Source: Burkholderiales bacterium
GTDB lineage: Bacteria > Pseudomonadota > Gammaproteobacteria > Burkholderiales > SG8-39
NCBI GenBank assembly: GCA_036524215.1
Contig: DATDCR010000241.1
Coordinates: forward strand, 1 to 39,263
Reading direction: 5' to 3'
Length of the DNA stretch: 39,263 nucleotides
Part shown: positions 31,245 to 39,263 of the stretch, one piece after another
Layout: the number at the start of each line of letters is the position of its first letter
Numbering within the stretch: position 1 is the stretch's first letter
Translations under genes and position numbers: made by a program
The notes under the pieces: generated by a model
Seen by the model: only the letters and a program-made list of their open reading frames with translations
Database searches by the model: none
What the model was told of the DNA's origin: nothing

Positions 31245-32608
31245 CAATGAGCCTCTGGATTGAGCATAGTCTTGACGGTTGCAATGACGCGGTCGAGCGG
31301 CACTTCCGCTTCGACCTGGGTGGCGAGGTTCTTGACCTTCACCGTGCCGCGGCCGAATTCATCCGCGCCGGCCGTCAGCGCGACGCGGAATCCCTTGCGG
31401 TTGGCGTATTCGAACTGCTTGCCGATCTTCGCCCGCTCGAGATAGACCTCGGTGTTGATCGCCTCGCCGCGCAGCCTCGCCGCCAGGTCGAGATAACGCG
31501 CCAGCGACGCCGCGTCGAGGGTGGTGACCAGGACCTCGGCCGGCGTGCGCGCCAGCGGACGCAGCAGGTTCGCCTCCTTCAGCCGGGCGAACAGGCGCGA
31601 CAGGCCGATCGAGATGCCGACCCCGGGCAGGCGCGTGTTGGTGAAATAGCTGGCCAAGTCGTCGTAGCGCCCGCCCGAGCAGATGCTGCCGATGTCGGGA
31701 TGACTGAGGAGCGTCGTCTCGTAGATGGTGCCGGTGTAATAGTCGAGGCCGCGCACCACGCCCAGATCGACGGCGAAGGCCTGGTCCGGTACGCCGAACT
31801 GGCGGATCGCCTCGACGATCCTGCGCAGCTCGTCCACGCCCTGCGTGTAGGCCTCGTTGCGGTACGCGAGGCCGGCGAGGAGATCGAGCGTCTCGTTCGT
31901 CTGCCGGCGCGTCGCGATCAGGCGATAGAGCTCCGCCGCCGCGGCCGCCGGCACGCCGTGGCGCTCGATCTCCGCCAGGATCGCGCGCTCGTCTTCCTTG
32001 TCGATCTTGTCGAGCGCGCGCAGCACGTTCGCCGACGCGTCCTGCGGCACCTCGAGGTGCTGCAGGATGCCCTTCAGCACCTTGCGGTTGTTGATGCGGA
32101 TGCGGAACTCGCCGATGCGCATTTCCTGGAACACGCTGTAGATGACGCTCGGGATCTCGGCCTCGGCCAGATACGAGAGCGTGTCGCGGTTGATGACATC
32201 GATGTCGCACTGGTAGAACTCGCGGAAGCGTCCGCGCTTGACCTGCGGATTCTCGCCGCGCCATACGCGCTGGATCTGGTAGCGCCGGAACGGGAAGGCG
32301 AGCTCGCGCTCGCGCATCGCCACGTAGCGCGCGAGCGGCACGGTGAGGTCGAAACGCAACGCGCCCTTGGCAGCGGCCTCGTCATCGTCCCCGGCGGCCA
32401 GGCGTGACAGCGCGTAGATCTCCTTTTCGGCGCCGCCCTTGGAGGTCAGGACCTCGATGCGCTCGGCTGAGGGCGTCTCGATCGGCAGGAAGCCGAAGCG
32501 CTCGAAGTTGCGCCGGATCAGCTCGAGCAGCGCGTTGAACTGCAGCTGGTCCTGCGGCAGGAACTCCTGATCGAAGCCCTTCAGCAGGGCCGGACGGACT
32601 TTGCGCAC
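31244..32608 (-). CDS. hisS: Histidine--tRNA ligase (divergent, eukaryote/archaeal-like motifs)
   Basis: GTG start. Class II motif 2 region RRYQIQRVWRGENPQVKRGRFREFYQCDIDV. GGRYDDL. Motif 3 GVGISIGLSRL. C-terminal anticodon-binding domain (VLVTTLD...KQFEYANRKGFRVALTAGADEF..GTVKVKNL). Sits in the ispG-hisS-yfgM slot. Confidence 0.85.
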   Translation of the reverse strand: MRKVRPALLKGFDQEFLPQDQLQFNALLELIRRNFERFGFLPIETPSAERIEVLTSKGGAEKEIYALSRLAAGDDDEAAAKGALRFDLTVPLARYVAMRERELAFPFRRYQIQRVWRGENPQVKRGRFREFYQCDIDVINRDTLSYLAEAEIPSVIYSVFQEMRIGEFRIRINNRKVLKGILQHLEVPQDASANVLRALDKIDKEDERAILAEIERHGVPAAAAAELYRLIATRRQTNETLDLLAGLAYRNEAYTQGVDELRRIVEAIRQFGVPDQAFAVDLGVVRGLDYYTGTIYETTLLSHPDIGSICSGGRYDDLASYFTNTRLPGVGISIGLSRLFARLKEANLLRPLARTPAEVLVTTLDAASLARYLDLAARLRGEAINTEVYLERAKIGKQFEYANRKGFRVALTAGADEFGRGTVKVKNLATQVEAEVPLDRVIATVKTMLNPEAH

Positions 32609-32615
32609 CGGGCTC

Positions 32616-33856
<1,241 letters not shown>

Positions 33857-33860
<4 letters not shown>

Positions 33861-34741
33861 GGCAACGTGAAGCGGGCGATGGCGAGCTTGGTATGCGGCG
33901 CGAGATCGATCGGCCGGTCGTTGTGCAGCACGTGCACGTGCTCCGCGTTGCCGATCACGAGCGTGAGCGGGCCGCGCGCGCGCACCACGCGCTCGGCGCC
34001 TTTCGGGTTGAGCGAGGACACGAGCATGCGCTCGTTCGCGTCCTTCACTTCGATCCAGGCTTCCTCTTCGCAGCGGATGACGAGCCGGTGCATCGCCCCG
34101 GGCGGGCCGGCCACCTTTGCGGCCGCCGGCTTTTCCGCCGCGGCGGTCTGCACCACCGCCGGCCTCGCCTCGGCGACGATCTGCTTGGGCGACGCAACCG
34201 CCTGCTTGGCCGGTTCGGGCGCGGCCCTGTTCATGGGGGTCATCTTCGGCATTGCCGTGTCGGCGCTTGCGACGAGCACCTTCGGCTCGGCTCTTGGCGT
34301 CGTCGCGGCAACCGGCGCGGCCGCCGGCGCGCGCTTCGCCGCCATGGCGGCCGCGTTGTGCTCGCGATACCACTGGTATGCGACGCCGCCGCCGATCGCC
34401 AGCACCCCGAGCGACAAGCCGAGGTACATGAAGGTCGAGCGACGCGCGTTGTCGTGGAACGGCACCGGCTGGCTGTAGCGGGCGGCGAGCGTGTTCGCGT
34501 CCGGGGCGTCGAAGCGGCCGGCGATGCGCTCGACCAGCGGCTGGGCGTCGACCTTCAGCAGGCGCGCGTAGCTCCTCACCATGCCGCGCACGAAGGTGCC
34601 GCCGGGCAGGAGCTCGAAGCGATCCTGCTCGAGCGCCTCGATCTGCCGCGGCGCGAATTTCAGCTGCTGCGCGACCTCGGTCACGCTGAGGCCCTGCTCC
34701 TCGCGCACCCGCTGCAGCTCGGCGCCGACCGGCTCACTCAT
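33857..34741 (-). CDS. rodZ: Cytoskeleton protein RodZ-like (HTH - TM - periplasmic domain)
   Basis: Internal ATG 34741. N-terminal XRE-type HTH ([54 protein letters not shown]), a single TM segment ([19 protein letters not shown]), and a C-terminal RodZ_C-like beta domain. Confidence 0.8.
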
Positions 34742-35507
34742 ATTCGCCCCGCTGCAGCGACTGGTATTCGCGCGAGCCCGGGAAGCGGCGGCGCAGCTGG
34801 TTGGCATAGCTCTGCTCGGCCACGCGCTGGCCGAGCTTGCGCTCGATGCGCAGCGCGAGCCACAGCGATTCGGCGCTCGGCGAGACGAGCTTGTTGTGCT
34901 GCGAGACCAGCTTGCGCGCCTCGTCGACGCGGCCCTGGTGATAGCGCACGTCGCCCAGCCGCAGCAGCGCATTCGGCTCTTCGGGATCGAGCTTCAGCGC
35001 GCGCTGCAGGTAATCCTCGGCATCCTTGTAGTTCTTGGTCTTCAGGCTGCAGGTGCCGGCGGCCGAATACGAGCGCCACGGCGAGACGTACAGCGGATTG
35101 CTGATGGCGTGCAGGAAGTACTTGATCGACTGCGGCTCGCGGTCGCTGTTGCAGAGGAACCAGCCGAAGTTGTGGTTGATGTCCGGATCGTTGGGCGCAA
35201 GCTGCAAGGCGCGCTCGAAGCTCGCCTCGGCGAGCGCCTTCTCGCGCAGCTCCATGTAGACCAGCCCGAGCAGGCCGTGCGCCGGCGCGTAGGTCGGATC
35301 GGCGGCCGTCGCAGTACGCAGCTCGTCCAGCGCCACGCCGAAGTTGGAGCGCTCGAAGTAGGCCGAGGCAAGCTCGGTGTGCACGCGCGCGCGATTGCGC
35401 GGCCCGCCCACGTCGCCGGCAATCATGCTGCTGTCGGAGCGCGGCTCCTGCTTTGCCGCGCAGGCGGCAAGCAGGAGGATCGCTGCAGCGGCGGCGAGGC
35501 GCTTCAT
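34734..35507 (-). CDS. pilW: Type IV pilus biogenesis/stability TPR lipoprotein PilW
   Basis: Lipobox [16 protein letters not shown] with TPR repeats throughout. Conserved rlmN-pilW-rodZ order. Confidence 0.8.
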   Translation of the reverse strand: MKRLAAAAAILLLAACAAKQEPRSDSSMIAGDVGGPRNRARVHTELASAYFERSNFGVALDELRTATAADPTYAPAHGLLGLVYMELREKALAEASFERALQLAPNDPDINHNFGWFLCNSDREPQSIKYFLHAISNPLYVSPWRSYSAAGTCSLKTKNYKDAEDYLQRALKLDPEEPNALLRLGDVRYHQGRVDEARKLVSQHNKLVSPSAESLWLALRIERKLGQRVAEQSYANQLRRRFPGSREYQSLQRGEYE

Positions 35508-36574
35508 GCGCGCACTTCCTTCAAGCGGTAGAACGCGCTGCGGCGCGTGCGGTCGGCGACGTCGCCGGCAAGCTGGCCGCAGGCGGCCGCGATGTCGTCG
35601 CCGCGGGTCTTGCGCGTGGTCACCGTCAGCCCGGCGCGCTGCAGGATCTCGGCGAAGCGACGGATGCGATCCGCGCCGGAGCGGCCGAAGTCGGAGGCCG
35701 GGAATGGGTTGAACGGGATCAGGTTGAACTTGCAGCGAATGCGCGCCGCGAGGGAGACCAGCTCGCGCGCGTGGGCGTCAGCGTCGTTCACGCCTTCCAG
35801 CATCACGTACTCGAAGGTGATGAAGTCGCGCGGCGCCTTCTCGAGATAACGGTTGCACGCGCCGATCAGCTCGCGCAAGGGATACTTGCGGTTGATCGGC
35901 ACCAGGCGGTCGCGCAGCTCGTCGTTCGGTGCGTGCAGCGAAACGGCGAGGGCGACGGGGCACTCCTCGCGCAGGCGGTCCATGCCGGGAATCACGCCTG
36001 AGGTCGAAACCGTGACGCGGCGGCGCGACAGGCCGTACGCATTGTCGTCGAGCATCAGGCGCAGCGCCGGGATCACGTGGTCCAGGTTGAGCAGCGGCTC
36101 GCCCATTCCCATCATCACGACATTCGAGACCGGACGGCGGCCTGCGAGCAGATGGTTCGCGAGCCAGACCTGGCCGATGATCTCGGCCGTGCTCAGGTTG
36201 CGGTTGAACCCTTGCTTGCCGGTCGCGCAGAACGCGCAATCGAGCACGCAGCCGGCCTGGCTCGAAACGCAAAGCGTGCCGCGGCTCGTCTCCGGGATGA
36301 ACACCGCCTCGACCGCGTTCGCGTCATCGACCTTCAGCAGCCACTTGCGCGTGCCGTCTTCCGCCGTCGTGTCGCCGACGACGACCGGCGTCTCGATGCG
36401 CGCGCTCGCGGCGAGCTTCTGGCGCAGGCCCTTCGCGAGATCGCTCATCTGCTCGAAGTCGGTCACGCCTTGCTGATGCATCCAGCGCAGCAGCTGGCGC
36501 GCGCGGAACGGCTTCTCGCCCTGCGCTTCGAAGAAGCGCTCGAGACCCGCCGCGTCGAGGCCGAGAAGGTTCAC
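35504..36574 (-). CDS. rlmN: 23S rRNA (adenine2503-C2)/tRNA m2A37 methyltransferase, radical SAM
   Basis: [14 protein letters not shown]; radical-SAM cluster [11 protein letters not shown]; [13 protein letters not shown] overlap with the ndk stop. Confidence 0.95.
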   Translation of the reverse strand: MNLLGLDAAGLERFFEAQGEKPFRARQLLRWMHQQGVTDFEQMSDLAKGLRQKLAASARIETPVVVGDTTAEDGTRKWLLKVDDANAVEAVFIPETSRGTLCVSSQAGCVLDCAFCATGKQGFNRNLSTAEIIGQVWLANHLLAGRRPVSNVVMMGMGEPLLNLDHVIPALRLMLDDNAYGLSRRRVTVSTSGVIPGMDRLREECPVALAVSLHAPNDELRDRLVPINRKYPLRELIGACNRYLEKAPRDFITFEYVMLEGVNDADAHARELVSLAARIRCKFNLIPFNPFPASDFGRSGADRIRRFAEILQRAGLTVTTRKTRGDDIAAACGQLAGDVADRTRRSAFYRLKEVRA

Positions 36575-36996
36575 CGCGAGTACACCTCGCAGGCCGGGAA
36601 GAAATACGCCACTTCGGTGCGCGCGGTGTCGGCGCCATCGGAGCCGTGCACGGCATTGGCATCGATCGAGTCGGCGAAATCCGCGCGGATCGTGCCCTTC
36701 TCGGCTTTCTTCGGATCCGTGGCGCCCATCAGGTCGCGGTTTTTCGCGATGGCGTTGTCGCCCTCGAGCACCTGCACGAGCACCGGCCCGGAGATCATGA
36801 AGTCCACCAGATCCTTGAAGAACGGACGCTGCCGGTGCACGGCGTAGAAACCTTCGGCTTCAGCGCGCGAAAGATGCATCATGCGCGCGGCGATGATGCG
36901 CAGACCGGCCTTTTCAAAGCGTGCGAGGATCTGTCCGATGACGTTTTTCTTCACTGCGTCGGGCTTGATGATCGAGAGGGTGCGCTCCAGCGCCAT
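36571..36996 (-). CDS. ndk: Nucleoside-diphosphate kinase
   Basis: [15 protein letters not shown]...NAVHGSDG (catalytic His). Confidence 0.97.
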   Translation of the reverse strand: MALERTLSIIKPDAVKKNVIGQILARFEKAGLRIIAARMMHLSRAEAEGFYAVHRQRPFFKDLVDFMISGPVLVQVLEGDNAIAKNRDLMGATDPKKAEKGTIRADFADSIDANAVHGSDGADTARTEVAYFFPACEVYSR

Positions 36997-37032
36997 TCCA
37001 AAGACTCCGCAATAACAAAATTTTCTGAAATT

Positions 37033-38259
37033 TTAGCAGGTTACGCGCCACTCCGGCACCCATCCGGCAACATTGGCGCGGCTTTGGTAGCGTGCATCGA
37101 CACCCAGTCCCGGCGCCCACACGAGCTCCTCGCCGCAATAGAGCAAAGGCAGCTTTTGCCGCTGCCACGGCGGCACGCCCGACTCCTGGAAAAGATTCTT
37201 CAGCGTGCGACGCGGCCGGCGCGGATCGGGCTGCAGGCGCTCCCCGCCGGCGCGCAGCCTCACGCAAAGCCGGCCTTCCTTTACCCAGTGGGGAGAAATT
37301 CCCGCGCCGCGCACGCGCCGAAAGCGGATCTCGCCGCCGAGCGCGGGAAGCGCGAGCCTGCGCTCGCCGCGCCATGCAAGCGGAGCGAAATCCCCATGGC
37401 TCGCCGCTCGTTCGATGCTCACCTGGCCGCGATAAAGCCGCAGGTTCGCGCCGTCGTGCTCGATGAGCGCGCCGCTCGCGGAAGAGGTGAGTTGCTTCAG
37501 CATTTCGACGAGCTTCGCTTCGCTCGGCGCGCGCAGGCCTTTGGCCGCCAGGAACTCGCGAAGCATCAGGCGCGCCTCGTCGTCGACGCGCGCGAAATGC
37601 CGCGCCGCCCGCGCAAGCGCCTCGCGCCAGCGCGGATAACGCTCCGTAAGCAGCGGCCCGATGCGCAGGCGGATGAAATTGCGCGCAAAGGCATCCGACG
37701 CATTGCTTTCGTCCTCGATCCAGTCGATGCCGTGTTCCCGCGCATAGGCGAGCACGGCGCCGCGCGGCACCTCGAGCAGCGGCCGAACCAGCATCCGCCC
37801 GTCGAAGCGGCTGCGGGCGGCCATGCCGCTCGCCCCGCGCGGCCCCGCGCCGCGCAGCAGGTTCATCAGCACCGTCTCGGCCTGGTCGTCGAGCTGGTGC
37901 GCGAGCGCGAGCACGTCGAAGTCCATTTTGCGGAATGCGCTGTACCGGGCGACGCGTGCGGCGGCCTCGAGACCCTGCCCGGATCGCTTCACCTTCACTT
38001 TGCGCACCGTGAGCGGCACGCCAAGGCGCTTGCACAACGCGCGGCAGAAACGCGCCCACCGGTCCGCCTGGGGACTCAGGCCGTGATGAATGTGCGCCGC
38101 GCGCACGCGCAGGCCTGCGCCGAGCAGGGCATGCAGCAGCACGACGGAGTCCACGCCGCCCGAAAGACCGACCACAATGCGTTTGCCCTGCAGGCCTGCA
38201 AGCTGCCGCCCGACGGCGGCGGCGACTTCAGCGCTCCTGGGCTTCCTTGAACTTGCCAT
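37033..38259 (-). CDS. tilS: tRNA(Ile)-lysidine synthetase
   Basis: PP-loop [18 protein letters not shown], then HHGLSPQAD and [18 protein letters not shown]. The start overlaps the accA 3' end by 32 nt. Confidence 0.9.
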   Translation of the reverse strand: MASSRKPRSAEVAAAVGRQLAGLQGKRIVVGLSGGVDSVVLLHALLGAGLRVRAAHIHHGLSPQADRWARFCRALCKRLGVPLTVRKVKVKRSGQGLEAAARVARYSAFRKMDFDVLALAHQLDDQAETVLMNLLRGAGPRGASGMAARSRFDGRMLVRPLLEVPRGAVLAYAREHGIDWIEDESNASDAFARNFIRLRIGPLLTERYPRWREALARAARHFARVDDEARLMLREFLAAKGLRAPSEAKLVEMLKQLTSSASGALIEHDGANLRLYRGQVSIERAASHGDFAPLAWRGERRLALPALGGEIRFRRVRGAGISPHWVKEGRLCVRLRAGGERLQPDPRRPRRTLKNLFQESGVPPWQRQKLPLLYCGEELVWAPGLGVDARYQSRANVAGWVPEWRVTC

Positions 38260-39196
38260 AGCTCATCAGCCGCTCCAGCCGGTCCTCGACCAGCTCCTTC
38301 GGTTTCTTTTCCTGGAGCTGCTTGAGCGCTTCGGCGAGGGCGCGCTTGAGCGCCTGGAACGCCGCCTGCGGGTCGCGGTGCGCGCCGCCGAGCGGCTCCG
38401 GCACGATCTTGTCGACCACGCCGAGGGTCTTCAGCCGGTTCGACGTGATGGCCAGCGCCTCGGCGGCCTCGGGCGCCATCTCGGCGCTGCGCCACAGGAT
38501 CGACGCGCAGCCTTCGGGCGAGATGACCGAGTAAGTCGCGTATTGCATCATCAGCACGATGTCGCCGACGGCGATCGCCAGCGCGCCGCCCGAGCCGCCC
38601 TCGCCGATGATCGAGGCGATGAGCGGCGTGCGCAGCCGCGCCATCTCGAACAGGTTGCGACCGATCGCCTCGGACTGTCCGCGCTCCTCGGCGTCGATGC
38701 CGGGATAGGCGCCCGGCGTGTCGACGAAGGTGAACACCGGCAGCGCGAACTTCTCGCCCAGCTTCATGAGGCGCAAGGCCTTGCGATAGCCCTCGGGCTT
38801 CGGCATGCCGAAGTTGCGCGCGATCTTTTCCTTCGTGTCGCGTCCCTTCTGGTGGCCGATCACGATGCACGGCGTACCGTTGAAGCGCGCGAAGCCGCCG
38901 ACAATGGACGGATCGTCGGCAAAGCTGCGATCGCCGTGCAGCTCCTCGAAGTGCGTGAAGAGCGCCTGCACATAGTCGAACGTGTACGGGCGCTGCGGGT
39001 GGCGCGCGACCTGCGCCACCTGCCACGGCGTGAGCTTGCCGTAGATGTCGCGGGTCAACGTCTGGCTGCGCTTGGTGAGGCGCCCGATTTCCTCGGAGAT
39101 GTCGACCGCCGAGTCGTCCTGCACGTAGCGCAGCTCCTCGATGCGCTGCTCGAGCTCCGCGATCGGCTGCTCGAACTCGAGGAAGGTGGTCTTCAT
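38228..39196 (-). CDS. accA: Acetyl-CoA carboxylase carboxyltransferase subunit alpha
   Basis: [19 protein letters not shown]...[10 protein letters not shown]...[29 protein letters not shown]-type motifs. Confidence 0.95.
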   Translation of the reverse strand: MKTTFLEFEQPIAELEQRIEELRYVQDDSAVDISEEIGRLTKRSQTLTRDIYGKLTPWQVAQVARHPQRPYTFDYVQALFTHFEELHGDRSFADDPSIVGGFARFNGTPCIVIGHQKGRDTKEKIARNFGMPKPEGYRKALRLMKLGEKFALPVFTFVDTPGAYPGIDAEERGQSEAIGRNLFEMARLRTPLIASIIGEGGSGGALAIAVGDIVLMMQYATYSVISPEGCASILWRSAEMAPEAAEALAITSNRLKTLGVVDKIVPEPLGGAHRDPQAAFQALKRALAEALKQLQEKKPKELVEDRLERLMSYGKFKEAQER

Positions 39197-39263
39197 CCCG
39201 GGGGGCGATTCTACCTCGGCACCTCGGATCAGTATTCGACGGGGACCGGGTCCAGCGACCGCC

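Overview
This is a GC-rich (roughly two-thirds G+C by eye), very gene-dense proteobacterial chromosomal segment whose gene order looks beta-/gammaproteobacterial. About 36 protein genes are packed with almost no intergenic space. All but five sit on the minus strand.

Two classic housekeeping superclusters make up most of the window. The first is accA-tilS | ndk-rlmN-pilW-rodZ-ispG-hisS-yfgM-bamB-der (39.2 to 28.2 kb). The second is leuC-leuD-leuB-asd-fimV-truA-trpF-trpB-trpA-accD-[ligase]-folC-SPOR(dedD-like)-cvpA-purF-metZ (23.1 to 5.3 kb). The left end carries an envelope cluster: L,D-transpeptidase, ppiA and lpxH.

I see no tRNA or rRNA genes, CRISPR arrays, transposases, integrases, phage genes or recognisable defence systems. 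Most of the window is ordinary core genome, and I cannot point to a clear multi-gene novel system.

These items do not fit the conserved template and deserve a second look:
1. A complete three-domain ATP-dependent DNA ligase is inserted, and translationally coupled at both ends, between accD and folC. Its conserved N-terminus has no canonical start codon.
2. A 986-aa plus-strand protein fuses a duplicated ~13-TM membrane domain, a spermidine-synthase-like fold with a degenerate catalytic motif, and a ~330-aa C-terminal domain of unknown function.
3. The hisS gene has eukaryote/archaeal-type motifs but sits in the canonical ispG-hisS-yfgM slot.
4. A structured ~120-nt leader precedes metZ (pseudoknot-capable aptamer-like element plus hairpin/U-tract), which may be a SAM-II-type riboswitch.
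5. A small sensory insertion lies next to metZ: hemerythrin, a small membrane ORF, and an orphan MASE1-PAS histidine kinase that starts 3 nt after metZ.

The many long ORFs in the track that run antisense or out of frame to recognisable genes are high-GC artefacts. They are listed as rejected.
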